A stretch of DNA of 64,000 bases from Cyanidioschyzon merolae (Eukaryota). Where the stretch lies: the NCBI GenBank assembly GCA_000091205.1, contig AP006498.2; one strand, 5' to 3'. How positions within the stretch are numbered: the first letter of the stretch is position 1; each line of letters opens with the position of its first letter. This document shows positions 1 through 11,789 of the stretch, piece after piece. The position numbers were made by a program, and so were the translations under genes. The notes under the pieces were generated by a model. It was given only the letters and a program-made list of their open reading frames with translations. It was not told the origin of the DNA and made no database searches.

Positions 1-2883
1 AAACCTTTTCCAGCGTTTTCTTTTGGCGCAGCGAAGCCAGAAGGCGGCTTGATGTCGGCAAACGCTCTAGGCGCGTTGTCAACAGCTGGCTCTGGTGCTT
101 CCGTTTCATTTGGGTCGGGCTCTGGGACGAGCTCCCAACCTCTGGGCGCGAAGTTTGGTTTCGGTGCTGGGACGGAGTCGAAAGGCGCCGCGGCAGCACC
201 GTTCCCGGGTACTTTCGGCCAGGCTGCACAAACACCACAGAGCTTCTCTTTCCTGAATCCCGCCAGCGGATCTCTGCAGCAGCAAGCGACAGCACAAAAC
301 ACTGCCTCTGGAGTAGCGTCGTCGACGCCAGGAACGGGCTTGCCTGGAGGTTTCGGTTTCGGGGCTCGTGCGGAAGCGCCTCCGGCACCAGCCGCCACGG
401 CTTCCTCCAACGTACCTCGCTTCGAAATTGGAGCAGGTTTCATGAGTTCCGCCCCAGCTGCAGGCCAGGAACGTCCGTTGTCGAGTTTCGGAGCGGCCGG
501 TTCCGCTGCTGCACCCGGTACAAGTGCTGCGGCTGCGGCTGCTCGGCAGCCGCCACAGCCCTCTGCGACACCGCCCGCGGGTAGTTCCGGGGCGGGGAAC
601 TGGTTCGCAGCTGGCACCAGTAGCGGTTCCGTCCCTGTAGGCAAGGGTGCAAGTGATGCGCAGCACCCAGGTACAGCTTCAGGCGTTGCAGCACCGACAG
701 CGCCTTTCAATATCCCTTCGTCTGCAGCGCCGAGCAGTGCAACAGGGACGAGCACGAGCACCTCCACAGCACCCGGCAATGCGGATCGTGCAGGGACTGG
801 GCCCAATCCAAGCCCTCCTTTCAGCTTCCTGGCGAGGAGTACACAGGACAACGCGAGGGAATCCTCCACGGGCACAGCCCTTTTCGGGAGCAGCAGTACA
901 TTGAAGAGCGCTCCTGATAATTCCCAGTCTGCTGCCACGGGGCATGAGGGTCGGCAGTCGGAGACTGCTGGTGCCAACAGACCGGCATTTTCGTTTGGCA
1001 GCTCAGTACAGTCTGGGGCGCAGAATCAGCAGAACCAGGGACAAGCCCAGCCGGAGCAGAAACAGCAGCCATTCTCTTTTGGTGCTGCATCTGGTGTCAC
1101 AACTGGAGGCGCACAGCTGCGTTTTGCGCCTCCACTAGATACAAAAGGAGCACCTGCTGCAGCGCCAACGATACCTGGAAGTAGTCAGGCGGCGCCGGGA
1201 ACCGCTCTCGGTGCCTCTCCGAACGCTGCTGGCGGTGCTAGCGGAAACGCCGGAGGTTCGACTGCACCCAGCTCGACGTCGAGTCTGTCTCAGGAGGCAT
1301 CTGGAACAGCCTCTTCGTCTCTTCAATTCGGAATGCAATCTCGGTCTGATTCCTCCGCCCAAGAGAAAGCCACCGCGGCAACGTCGCAACCAGCGGCCCA
1401 GGCGCGACCTCTCGCTGCCTCACCTTTCAGCCTAGCAGGGAGCGGCACAACCAACCAGGATTCAACGAACACGGCGCAGACTAAGCAGCAGACCGAGTCT
1501 CCTTGGGCAACGTCGGCACCGCGAGCGTCTGCGACAGGGATCGTGATATCAAATGGGTCAGATGCCGCGGCACCGAGTCCTGCTCAGGATGTTTCCCAAA
1601 AGCACACAAGTGCAGCTGCGTCTCAGGCGCTCCCCAAGGCCTCAGAGCAAGCGTCTCGAGCGGAACAGGCACTGCCAGTGGGCTCGGCTAATGCCGCAGT
1701 GGCTGGGCATGCAGCTGCGAACCGATCGCTTCCATTCGATTCGACTAGATATGGCGGCTTCGGTTCAACACAGCCAAATGCCGCCGAGACGGGAGCCGGG
1801 AACACCACGCCCGCGTCTCTGCGAACAGCAAATGAGCAACAGCAACAGCAACAGCAACAGCGCGAGAGCACAGATACGCAAGTGAAATCCGAATCTCGTG
1901 ATCTGAAGCAGGCGGGCCCCGTGAATCGTGAGCCGCAGGTCTCTTTATTCACATCGCCGGGTGCAGCAACCGGTACGACGCCCAGTGCTTCAGTAGCAGG
2001 CGCAGGAAATGGTGCTTTCAGGAGTGCCAGCCAAGCAAATGCATCTGCAGGCCGACCTGAAACAAAGCAGCCAACACAGACTGCGGCCAGTGCGGCTGCT
2101 ACCACTCAGCCAACACGTGCCGCCCAGGCCGCTCCGAATTGGGGCCCAGTTCGCATGCCATCCGCCATAGAGGACAAGAACGTTGGCGAGATCACAGTCT
2201 TCTTTCGAGACACGATCAGTCGACTGGTAGAGCAGTTCCATCGTCAGGCACAACAGGTGGCTCGGTTGGACCGACAGGTCATTGAGCAGCAAGAGCGCCT
2301 GGTGCAGCTTTTGCAGGAAACCGAGCACACCGAGTCTCTGATGCAACACATGGAGAAGGAACTCGATTTTATCCTGCAGCAACAGAGTGAGCTCCACAAA
2401 GCTTTGACGACAATCGAAGAACAGGTCCGTGGTACCCTGAGCCTGGCGTCTGCAGGTGAACAAGCCTGGCAAGCAGAGTTTGCCGCGTCACTAGCAGGTG
2501 CGGTCGAGCAGGAGCGCGAAAAATATCATCGAATTGCCGAGCAAGCCAAACAGGAACTGGACCAAGTGTACCAGGTCATTGGTCAGTGCATTCGGGAACT
2601 GAATCACGTCCAAGGAGCTTCGTCTGGAGAGCTCGGGGCGAGCACCAGTTCGGTATCGAACGCGGCAGCTGGAGTCTTTGGTTACCCCGCAGCGTACACG
2701 GACGATGAGCAGGTGCCTCTACTAACGATTCTGAATGTCCATTTGGACACTTTAGAGCTCCTGAGCACACAGAAAAACGATTTAGAGCATCGCATCACGG
2801 AGCTCGAGAAAGTTCTGCACACCATCACAGCGGATCCACGTTTCTCGCTGCCGGCTGCGCGTCCGCAAGCGGCACTCAGGTAA
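1..2883 (+). CDS. NUP62: FG-repeat nucleoporin of the Nup62/Nsp1 family; 5' end runs off the window
   Basis: The N-terminal ~700 aa is S/T/A/G/Q-rich with many FG/FSFG/GFGF repeats. The C-terminal coiled coil carries Nup62 signature stretches (ELDFILQQQSELHKAL and ILNVHLDTLELLSTQKNDLEHRITELEKV). The reading frame is open from nt 1 (PFPAFSFGAAKPEGGLM precedes the listed Met), so the true start lies upstream of the window. Confidence 0.75.
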   Translation, partial: KPFPAFSFGAAKPEGGLMSANALGALSTAGSGASVSFGSGSGTSSQPLGAKFGFGAGTESKGAAAAPFPGTFGQAAQTPQSFSFLNPASGSLQQQATAQNTASGVASSTPGTGLPGGFGFGARAEAPPAPAATASSNVPRFEIGAGFMSSAPAAGQERPLSSFGAAGSAAAPGTSAAAAAARQPPQPSATPPAGSSGAGNWFAAGTSSGSVPVGKGASDAQHPGTASGVAAPTAPFNIPSSAAPSSATGTSTSTSTAPGNADRAGTGPNPSPPFSFLARSTQDNARESSTGTALFGSSSTLKSAPDNSQSAATGHEGRQSETAGANRPAFSFGSSVQSGAQNQQNQGQAQPEQKQQPFSFGAASGVTTGGAQLRFAPPLDTKGAPAAAPTIPGSSQAAPGTALGASPNAAGGASGNAGGSTAPSSTSSLSQEASGTASSSLQFGMQSRSDSSAQEKATAATSQPAAQARPLAASPFSLAGSGTTNQDSTNTAQTKQQTESPWATSAPRASATGIVISNGSDAAAPSPAQDVSQKHTSAAASQALPKASEQASRAEQALPVGSANAAVAGHAAANRSLPFDSTRYGGFGSTQPNAAETGAGNTTPASLRTANEQQQQQQQQRESTDTQVKSESRDLKQAGPVNREPQVSLFTSPGAATGTTPSASVAGAGNGAFRSASQANASAGRPETKQPTQTAASAAATTQPTRAAQAAPNWGPVRMPSAIEDKNVGEITVFFRDTISRLVEQFHRQAQQVARLDRQVIEQQERLVQLLQETEHTESLMQHMEKELDFILQQQSELHKALTTIEEQVRGTLSLASAGEQAWQAEFAASLAGAVEQEREKYHRIAEQAKQELDQVYQVIGQCIRELNHVQGASSGELGASTSSVSNAAAGVFGYPAAYTDDEQVPLLTILNVHLDTLELLSTQKNDLEHRITELEKVLHTITADPRFSLPAARPQAALR
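1835..1862 (+). repeat. (CAACAG)n codon repeat encoding a polyQ stretch inside the nucleoporin
   Basis: gagcaacagcaacagcaacagcaacagcgc read directly; it encodes EQQQQQQQQRE. Confidence 0.8.
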
Positions 2884-3856
2884 GATCCTCCTCGGCTTGC
2901 CGTAATTGGTTCTTGACTCGAAGCAGCATGCTGGTCTTCCATGGATCCAGACGACTAATCGAGTCATATTCGGAGACAACTTGCGTAAACGCCTCAATAT
3001 CACCCGACGTCACTGCGTCCATGAGGTCCTGGAGGAAGCGCTCCTCACGGGACCCCGCCAGCGACGGATCCCATTGCAGGTAGTTCTGAAGCGCCCGCCG
3101 CGCTCCAACCTCATCCGAGGCGCACAAATGGCACATGGCGGCTCGCATGAGTGTATCCTTCGCATGATATTTGAGGAGAGCGTTCTCGAGGGAGAGTTTG
3201 GCGACCTGCTCGAACGCTTGAATCGCTTGTGCGTAGTCTCCTGCTAGCGCTTTGTACTCCGCAACTTTCACAAGACATGAGTTCGCGTGCGAACGTGCGT
3301 CCTCGCCAAGGTATAGATCGGCAGCCTGTTGGTATGCTTCGGCGACGCGCTCGTCGGCGGCGGCACCACCGGTTGTCTCGTTCGCGATAGACTCGAGGAT
3401 CTCGGCGCGTTCCTTGGCTAAACGCGCGGCCATGCCGAACCGTCCCCGCTCGGTATGGATGCTCATCGCTGACTCGAGCGCAGTCACCGCGGCCGCTGGG
3501 TCGGCTTCCGGTTTTTTCAGACAGTTGGCTGCGTCCACGTACGCGGAGGCCGCCTCGTGTTCGTGGTCTTTGATGTGAGCATAGCAGTCCGCGCAGCGCC
3601 GGTACGCCTCTCCCGCCTGAGTCCACTTTTTAGCAAGTTTAAAGTAGTTTCCTGCCCTTTGGAAGTAGCTGGCTGCCTCTTCGTACTTGGCAGACGCGGA
3701 TGAGAGGCCGAATAGACGTGCGACAGAGCGGGCCGCCGCCTCCGCTGCGGCAAACGTCGACTCACCCGCGTTGAGCAGCACGTATGCCTCGTCGATGCGT
3801 GGGTCACGCTCGCGCGAGCTAACAGGCTTTTTGTCACCGGATCCGAACAGACCCAT
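2876..3856 (-). CDS. NAPA: alpha-soluble NSF attachment protein (alpha-SNAP/Sec17)
   Basis: TPR-like repeats with typical alpha-SNAP motifs (GNYFKLAKKWTQAGEAY, AASAYVDAANCLKK, ESAMSIHTERGRFGMAARL, AEILE). Start set at the ATG of MGLFGSGDKK (nt 3856). The listed longer ORF begins at a non-conserved extension. Confidence 0.85.
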   Translation of the reverse strand: MGLFGSGDKKPVSSRERDPRIDEAYVLLNAGESTFAAAEAAARSVARLFGLSSASAKYEEAASYFQRAGNYFKLAKKWTQAGEAYRRCADCYAHIKDHEHEAASAYVDAANCLKKPEADPAAAVTALESAMSIHTERGRFGMAARLAKERAEILESIANETTGGAAADERVAEAYQQAADLYLGEDARSHANSCLVKVAEYKALAGDYAQAIQAFEQVAKLSLENALLKYHAKDTLMRAAMCHLCASDEVGARRALQNYLQWDPSLAGSREERFLQDLMDAVTSGDIEAFTQVVSEYDSISRLDPWKTSMLLRVKNQLRQAEEDLT

Positions 3857-3949
3857 GAGCGTGCACTGCTCGCACTGGAACGCTGCCCAAAAGCAACCGG
3901 TGTCACAGAGGTACGCAGCGACTAGTGCCGGGCAGCAATGACAGCAAAG

Positions 3950-4545
3950 GCGCACGCGGCTGTTTCGTCTAGACTTTCACCTGAATTGTGTTCCATACCT
4001 GGGTTCGTTTCATCGTATGCTTTTTTTGCGGTTTAGAGCAGGTGTGTTCGAAGTGCGTTTACTTGAAGAAATATAAAACCCATGACATAGGTATGGACTT
4101 GCACGTCAGGGGTCCTGAAGGGCGATCATCGCGGGGGTTCGACCAGAAAACGAAACAATCCTCTCTTTGTCAACCATCGAGCGAAGCAGAGCAAGTGGCA
4201 AAGATGATGGTGATGATGATGATGATGAAGAGCGGAAATCCGTGAGACAAGGTGTCTACCCGACGGGACTGGAACGAGACTGTAGTGGCACGGAGGGAAC
4301 GAGTTCTAGCAATCCTTGCAAGGATGACTCCAAACAACGTCAATGCACGCATGAAGTTCGTGAAGTGATACTCCAACGCCGCTACCAATACGAGACGATG
4401 TCTTGTGTAGTGAAGACGAATTCCGCCGAGCTAACGCAATCCAACTTTGTGGGGCAGCTTCTCAGGCTCGAAGTGTGCCTCGATAAACTGAAAACGATAG
4501 CAGTTGACCGGTCATGAAAGGCTGCAGGCGTCTGCGCATGGGTAG
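3950..4545 (+). mobile_element. ~0.6 kb non-autonomous Fanzor/TnpB-derived element (family-2 copy: left end plus 3'-terminal coding remnant and right end)
   Basis: Its left part aligns with the left ends of the 11.8, 47.0 and 60.0 kb copies (cctgaattgtgttccatacctggg ... gttcgaagtgcg). Its right part encodes an acidic stretch plus a decayed RuvC-III region (gagttctagcaatccttg ... caggcgtctgc) homologous to nt 12100-12385. Confidence 0.45.
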
Positions 4546-5520
4546 TCATTCACTTTAGTATGTTGCTCAGAGAAGGACATTTGTGTTGCCATGACTTGGC
4601 GCTGGCGATGCGTCAAAGCTGATGATTATGGCGCTAAAGAATCCCGCCAGACGCCGTGCGTCAACAACTGGACCCGTTAGGCGGTAGGTCACCTGCAGGC
4701 GTGTTTTCCAGGGTCCAAGCATCTGCACTCGCACCAGCATGTCAGTGGGTGCAGGCACGCGCCACCCGATCAACGCCTCATAGAGCGGGTGCGCCGGCGG
4801 TAATATCATCTCTAGGAATCGACTGGAAACGGTACAGATGCGTACCGCTCGCAGGGTTACTTCCACGGCGGAACGTCTCCTGAAACGGGTAAGCACGCGG
4901 GTAGAGGGATAGGTGTTCCTTCTCACCAGCGGGTGCCAAGCAAAGGCCTGCGTCGCGCAACTGCGGTGCAATTCACAAACGTTGGCGGAGGGGAAATTCG
5001 CTCCCCAATATTCATCCTATCCGCAAAGTTTCTACAACGGGTCGCAGCACAAAGGCAGGCCTACATACGAAGACTCTCGGATCCCAGGATCACCACGAGA
5101 CGCGACCGCGCTGCAGGTGAACCACACCTCCAGCCGACATCCTCCGTGGCATGACACAGCAGCGCAGACTCCGTGCGACGTCCGCACCGGCAAGGCGGGC
5201 GCTCTGTCAGACGCTCACGGCAGACTCGGTGTGCACAACGGAACGTTCGCATTTACCAGTATCTCCGAGGGGCAGCATGGATTGTGGACGTTGATGTTAG
5301 GCGGCAAAATGGACGCATCCCCGATCACTGGTGTTCCATGACGTAATCAGAGATGCCTGGTCAGCATGAACGTTCTTTCGATCAAAAAAAAATCGCCCCA
5401 GAAACAGCTGCCCTATGGACGCAAACGAGGAAAACCCGCACACCAATCCATATCGCCAGCTTACAATCGCTAACACACATCACGCAAGGTGCTCCATCGG
5501 GCAATGTTGTGCGAATCCGA

Positions 5521-6858
5521 TCACGAGCTGTACCGGAGCTTTTCCTGCGTGATAGGTCCAATTTTCATGTGCCCTAGGGCATGATCGCTCGCGCTTTGCA
5601 CTAGCCGGTATCTGCGCAGGAACTCCGCCACGGTTTCCGCGACCTGTTCTGGTAGATCCTCGTGAACGCTATGTCCAGCTTGCGGCAAGATGACGACTTG
5701 AAATCGCCCCTGCATCTGAGCGATCATAAGCTCTCGATCCAGGTGATCGTGGCCGGCAAGCACAAGAACTTTGGGGGCGGCAACGCTGACAAAGCGCTTC
5801 GACATGCCGGTAAACCAGTCACGCCAGTGGATTTCCGTACATTCCAGCTGCGTACGCCATCGATAATGCTTATTTGGTGTTGATGTGCTCGTCGGCGTTG
5901 GCCCGTCTCCAGCCTCTACCGGTACAAGCTGAGCCGGCACCGAACACCGCGCAGACATGAGATTTCGCACGTGGCCCCCGCAAAAGATATACGAAATGGC
6001 ATCCTCCAGTGAAGTGAATTCTTTGCGCCTCGATGCCAGGAAGCTTTTCATGTAGGGCAAAGCCTGGAGGGCGCTACCCTCGACGACGTCAATTACAATG
6101 AGGCCGCTGAGCTGGGGAATTCTCCCGCTGGCGGCTAGCTGGACGGCAATGGCACCACCCATCGAATGTCCGACGAGCGCGAGCGCCGGGATCCGCTCGC
6201 GGCTTCCGAACAAAGCCTCCAGGACGTCCATGGCATCTTGGACCTGGGTAGCTGTCGACAGGTCCGACTCAGGCTGTACATTGAAGGTTTCTCCATGTCC
6301 ACGGGCATCGTATGCAATGACGCATAGCTCGGTGGCGGGAATTTGCTTTCGTAGAAAATGAACAAAAGCGGCCCATGCGAGTGCACTATGCCCACCGCCG
6401 TGAAGCAGCAACAGTGTTGGAATCGAAGGATCAACCGTAGACCCGCTGATGTAGACACAAAAACCCGGCCCAACGAAACGTTTCTCATCGAAAAATTGAT
6501 CCCACGTGAGCGGTGAATACTCGCTCCCTAGCGGGCAGGTTACACCGGTTGCTGGCCTCGCTGACTTGTGGCGAACGCGATCCCAGAGGTTCAGCGGCCC
6601 GCTCGGGTTCAGGCCAGCGCTGCGAGCAGTACGAGGCCGCGTCTGAGGCCCCATTGTCCCAGGAGACGTCTCTTGTATCGTTGAAGGCAGCGGCTGCGTG
6701 TCGAAGCTTTCAGAGTAGTCAGCCTTGCGATCCTCTCCTTCGTCCCAGGCGGGGAGCAGGTCGCCCTCAGTCGACGGTGAGGCCTCCCGCCCCTGTGAGG
6801 CAGACTCTGTACGCGAACCGCTCTCGCTGCTCTCTAGCACCGGAGTCAGAGGGTACAT
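5521..6858 (-). CDS. PPME1: protein phosphatase methylesterase 1 (PPME1)-like alpha/beta hydrolase
   Basis: Close match to the PPME1 pattern: SPLTWDQFFDEK, LLLLHGGGHSALAWAAF, nucleophile elbow GHSMGGAIAV, IDVVEGSALQAL, and C-terminal QAGHSVHEDLPEQVAE (catalytic His). Start set at the first ATG (MYPLTP); the track ORF begins with TTG at 6951. Confidence 0.8.
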   Translation of the reverse strand: MYPLTPVLESSESGSRTESASQGREASPSTEGDLLPAWDEGEDRKADYSESFDTQPLPSTIQETSPGTMGPQTRPRTARSAGLNPSGPLNLWDRVRHKSARPATGVTCPLGSEYSPLTWDQFFDEKRFVGPGFCVYISGSTVDPSIPTLLLLHGGGHSALAWAAFVHFLRKQIPATELCVIAYDARGHGETFNVQPESDLSTATQVQDAMDVLEALFGSRERIPALALVGHSMGGAIAVQLAASGRIPQLSGLIVIDVVEGSALQALPYMKSFLASRRKEFTSLEDAISYIFCGGHVRNLMSARCSVPAQLVPVEAGDGPTPTSTSTPNKHYRWRTQLECTEIHWRDWFTGMSKRFVSVAAPKVLVLAGHDHLDRELMIAQMQGRFQVVILPQAGHSVHEDLPEQVAETVAEFLRRYRLVQSASDHALGHMKIGPITQEKLRYSS

Positions 6859-8661
6859 TGCTACCGCTCCACAAAGCAGGTGCCTGCTCCAGCACAGCGT
6901 CAAGCTTTGCGCTGCCTTCGAGCGCTCTAGCAGAAAGCTCTCATGTATCAAGCGCTGGCAATCCGTGCGCAGGAGATTCGGGTTCGCAGCACCGTAATCT
7001 GAAACGAATCACTAGTTGGCAATTCGATAACAATTGATTTCCCTCTCTAAGCCCAGCGTTGATCACGGGGAAAAGTTTTCCGTATTTTCGAAGGTTTATC
7101 TTCTGGACGGAGGGAACCGCGAACCGGACGAGTCTGACGGGCTCGTGCTTCATGCTCCGCCCACTGGCGGGTGCAGAGGCGCGACCCGCGCAGCTCGTCC
7201 GCGACGCAGTCTCTTCTGAGACTAGGAGAGGTTACGCTGTATCTGGGCGTCGCCCTGGTCGCGATTGACTCGTAGACTATCGCTTTGCACTGTCGATGGA
7301 AAAACATCTGTCTGTCCAGCTTGCAATCTCCCAGAATGATGATGAATCCCGACCCTGTGTCGTGTGCACCACGCCTCGAGCCGACGCCATCTGTGGTACG
7401 GCAAAGCCCTTCTGCCCCCGTGCTAAGGCTGCATCCGCGCTACCGGCGCTACGGCGGGTGCTCAGGGCCGGCACTTGGCGCACGAAAGAACGCACAAAAC
7501 GACCAGTATATACGAGGAGAGGGAATGGAACTTGCAGGTACGGGGCGGCAGCCTGATGAATGCTTTCCAGAATACCAATGTTTATCTAGGAATCTGGGAT
7601 TGATAGTCAGTGTAAACGTTTTGTCAAACCGAAAAAAAACTGTCCCAGTAGAATGATCATTGCGTTTCACGATAGAAAATACTCCTTCGATGGGCCTGCA
7701 AAACGGGGTGTGCGGAGCAATGCATAGCAGCTCGACCCCGATAGCATCGGCAAAAGCTCGAACGCAACGGGAATAGAGAAATACCTCGTTGTCCAATAGA
7801 AGGACGTCGCCAGAAGTCAGGGGAAAGTCTTCAATCATTCGACAAAGTTGTTGGTGCTGTTGGATGAGGCATATCTACGAAGGAAACTGAGCCCGCCGAA
7901 TGAATCCACTGCAGCTACAACAGCTGTTGATGTCATCGTTCTCTTCGAGTTCGATCGTAAATACAACGGGCGCCCTGCTCCTCTAATACTCACTTACGCT
8001 CTGCCTATATCGTACGAAGCAAGTCTTATCGACTGAAAAAATGAACCGACGTTCCTGGGCTTTGTCTGGGGAGCGACGCTCCGGGAACACTGTCGTTACG
8101 ACTTTAGTGGAAGATGACCGTGCATGAAACCGCAATTATTTGTCCGCAACTGTATTCCAGTGTTTCCAGAATAACACGAACAGGTTGTTGAGAAACAGAG
8201 ACGTCTGTAGCGGCTAGTATCGTGGCTTTCGCTTTCCATAAAGTGATCAACGGTTCGTTCTCTACGATGGACCGCAAGCTGTCTTTACGATGATCGGTTT
8301 CTGGCGCGGAGCGCATCGTATTCTCTTTGTTTCAGTGCTCCTAAACCATCTGAGTACTGTGGTACGTCTAACCTGAAGGGGGAATGAAGCCCTCGATGCC
8401 TTGTTGCGTAAAGAATACGTATCCTACAAGCAATTCGTCTACCATCTATATACGGTACCTTGCATCGTTATTTCCATCGCCTGCTGGACACCGCGGCGAG
8501 GGCGAAACACACATGGGTTGCACCGCTCGTACGGTACGAATGGCAGCTTCTGGAGCCGCTCCAGCGTCCCGGCTGCATACTTGTTTCTGGTAACTCCGTA
8601 TTGCGCGGAACGACCCATTTACTCAAAGATATTTTTGGGTAACATCATGCTCATCCAGTAA

Positions 8662-10296
8662 ATGACACTGGAAGTACTGCCAAAAGCGCAAGACGAGAAA
8701 AGAGTCGGGACCTTGGGTGCTGTCCCAGAGAAAGTCACGAGTCACACGCCCTTGTTGTCGCCGAGAGCGATGCCACCGGGCCACTCGGAAAACTGGGCCT
8801 CCACACTCGTCATTTTCTATGTAATGTTTGTCTCTGAGGCAGCCAGAGGTCTAGTTTTGCCTTCGCAGTGGTCTTACCTCGCTGAAACTCTGAACGGAAC
8901 CGAGACGCAACTTGGAGCACTGGTTTCGAGCTTTTCCTTGGGTCGGCTTTTGGCCACCATACCACTGGGCTATCTGTCGGACACGTGGTCGTCTGGATCT
9001 ATCCTCCTCATATGCTGCATGTTGGCAACCATTGGTAGTGTCGGGTATGCAACGGCGCGCTCCTTTACCTGGCTGCTGTTGACGCGAATCCTCACGGGTG
9101 TTGGCAGCGCGACGGTAAGCGTTTGTCGCGCCCATATTGCTCGAGCAACGAGCGTGCAGGAGCGCACGGCATATTTCTCATATCTTTCAGCGGTTCAGTT
9201 TATCGGCTTCGCGGTGTTACCTATTCTAGGAGTCGCCCTCAGTGCCCTGCCTCAAACGCGTTTTGGGAAGGTCATTCTCGATGAATTCCGTTATCCCGGT
9301 TGGGTACTCGCTTTGTTGAACCTAAGCGCCATTGGCGCGCTCTTCGCCTACTATCGAGACCCGCCGAAACATACCCGCGGAACGATTATGGTTCCATGCA
9401 CAGCTGAGCGCCCGGATATCGAACGCCTCGAGTCTTCCGAGGCCGCAGCTGAAGCGAGCCCGGCCACGAGGTCGGACGCTGAAACAGGGCCAACTGCAGA
9501 CAATGCCATGCACAACGTTTCAGATGCAGCGCAGTCGGCATACTGTGCAGCAGGCCCCGAGGTGCGATCATTGAACAGAGCTGGCGCAGAGCACGCCATG
9601 CTTCACGCTGATCGAATCAAGAATGTAGACGAGTGCCATGAACCGGCGGTGGCATCTAGACGAAGCGGTTCAGGATATGACACGGCTGCTGTAAGCGATC
9701 GCAGCGATCGAGCCGTACTCATCACCTGTTTGCTCATCAATATTTGTTTTCGGGGCGTATGCGCTGTCGTCGAGACGATCATTGCCCCGAATCTTGTCAG
9801 CGGGGAGGGCCTGTCCATCACGAAAACATCATTGAGCATCGGAGTCCTCGGCATCATCGGTCTGTTGGCATACTTGGCTTTGCGGCCCCTGTCTGCATGG
9901 TATGGCGATTACCCACTCGTGGTTGGCGGTCTCGCTATGATGACATTAGGCACGCTGGTTCTGGTGGCCCAGTCGCGCTACACGCTGCCGCTGTGGATCT
10001 ACTTTATCGCGCTGTCCACTATCTGGAGCATCGGCTACCCGATAGGTCAAACAGCCACGCTGAGCCTCTTCAGCAAGGTCTTGACGAACGTACCAACTGG
10101 TGGATTCCTCGGCATCTTCTCGGCGGCAGGAAGCGTCGCGCGTCTGACATTTGCGACGCTCGCAGGTTTCTTAGATGACAAGGCTGGCGCAGGCGGTCCC
10201 TTTGTACTGTCGTCGCTTGTGTGCGTTACGTGTCTAGTGCTGACGATCTTGTACAGGCGCAAGTTTATCGCAGCGTTATATCCCGCTCACGCATGA
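8662..10296 (+). CDS. major facilitator superfamily transporter
   Basis: About 12 hydrophobic helices. MFS motif-A-like LGYLSDTWSSG and RILTGVGSA. Long cytosolic central loop. ATG start verified. Confidence 0.65.
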   Translation: MTLEVLPKAQDEKRVGTLGAVPEKVTSHTPLLSPRAMPPGHSENWASTLVIFYVMFVSEAARGLVLPSQWSYLAETLNGTETQLGALVSSFSLGRLLATIPLGYLSDTWSSGSILLICCMLATIGSVGYATARSFTWLLLTRILTGVGSATVSVCRAHIARATSVQERTAYFSYLSAVQFIGFAVLPILGVALSALPQTRFGKVILDEFRYPGWVLALLNLSAIGALFAYYRDPPKHTRGTIMVPCTAERPDIERLESSEAAAEASPATRSDAETGPTADNAMHNVSDAAQSAYCAAGPEVRSLNRAGAEHAMLHADRIKNVDECHEPAVASRRSGSGYDTAAVSDRSDRAVLITCLLINICFRGVCAVVETIIAPNLVSGEGLSITKTSLSIGVLGIIGLLAYLALRPLSAWYGDYPLVVGGLAMMTLGTLVLVAQSRYTLPLWIYFIALSTIWSIGYPIGQTATLSLFSKVLTNVPTGGFLGIFSAAGSVARLTFATLAGFLDDKAGAGGPFVLSSLVCVTCLVLTILYRRKFIAALYPAHA

Positions 10297-11789
10297 TCCA
10301 GTGCCAGTTTTGAGTTGACGATGTCGCGGACGCTTGGAGGAGTCTGGCAGCACCTCTAGTGTTGCACTGGAACTAGGGTGTACCAGCGTCATGGCGATGT
10401 CCGAGGCGCTGCTTGTATTCTCTTAGAGAGCGGAGCCAAGCTCGCTTCGCGGCGTATTTACCGCAAGCCTACCACTTTGGCATTCGAGCTCGTCATTGGC
10501 CGACGCATCCGCCCACATGGCTCATCAGCGCCACTGATGCGGTATGAAAAGGATGCCAAGCCGCGGGCCTATCATGGCTGAGCATCCTCAGTAGCGCTGG
10601 ATGCATTGACGAATGGGGCATTACACGCTTGCTGGTCGTGAGCAGCAACGTGCTCGCGCTTGGCAACGTCTCTGGCGGGTTCACACGCAAATTGCATGCT
10701 TTCAGTGAACACAAAGCCCCCTGAGCGTTTCGCTGCAGTGATGGCGTTCAGAACATGACACGCTCGGGTCTGTGAATGCAATGCATTCGTTTACGAATAA
10801 CATGGATCACCCGAGCATCCAAGATGTCTTCGAGTCTATTCTCGTCCGAATCTCCATTGTACTCGTAAGCGTCGTGATCTCGATTGTGCCATTCAGGAAA
10901 CATGTGCGCTGTATCATGCAACTGAAGAGATGTGATGCCGCTTCACCAGCACTCGATGCGAACCGAACATCAGATAGATAATGCCCCGTTCTTGGATGAA
11001 CCATGGCGCCTCGATGCATGATACAGACACGAACCGTTTTCGCAGTAGAGTTTACCGCAGCCCGCACGCGTCGCCTCATCGCAGTTTGAAACATCACGAT
11101 CGTAACCGGGCGCTGGACGTACATCACTGGATCGTCTTCCGTGCCGTTCCAGCAAGCGAAGCGTATTACCAATTGGCGATTCACCAGGCTCAGAGGGACT
11201 GGGGCGCGCTGCAGAGCAGCCGCCACCTGGTAATTCCCTAACATCCCATGCCTACTCAGCGAGGTCCAGTTACCTACTCATGAGCGAAGCGCAGCATCAT
11301 GTGTACGTTAGCCTGCGGTTCAAGAGGTACAGCATTCGAAGAAGCGCTACCACTGCGGTTTTCCGCACTTGCAGGTTAGCTGTATGCTTCCACAGCTCAT
11401 CTCCGGGGTGCTCGCGTACCCGAAGCGTATACGCGTCAGCGCTCAGGTGCGCAGCGGATGTATCGAATCCTCGCCGAAAGCCGACGTCATCGCTTGTCTC
11501 CCGATTAGACGATTCGTGCTGTAACGCTCACTGCAGGGACATGCTTCCATTCCGTGGCTTGATGCAAATAAAGGACTTTGCAAACGTACCAATTTTTGGG
11601 AGCATGCGTGAAACGACAAGACAAATGACGCCTCCTGCGAAGCCAGCTCCGATCGCTTTGCACTCGAAAGTCGTGGTTGATGCTATCTTTTTTGGACGGT
11701 TCGCCTCGCTGGTGTCCCCTTTGACTTGGACAGCAGGCGAGAATCGAGCAGAAGCGGCTCAGATTTGATCCAGCCCCATGCTGCAGTCA

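Noticed and set aside
6513-7037. 174-aa plus-strand ORF and neighbouring ORFs antisense to the PPME1 gene
   Set aside because: Entirely inside a well-supported minus-strand gene. Its composition is the mirror of GC-rich coding sequence and it has no motifs.
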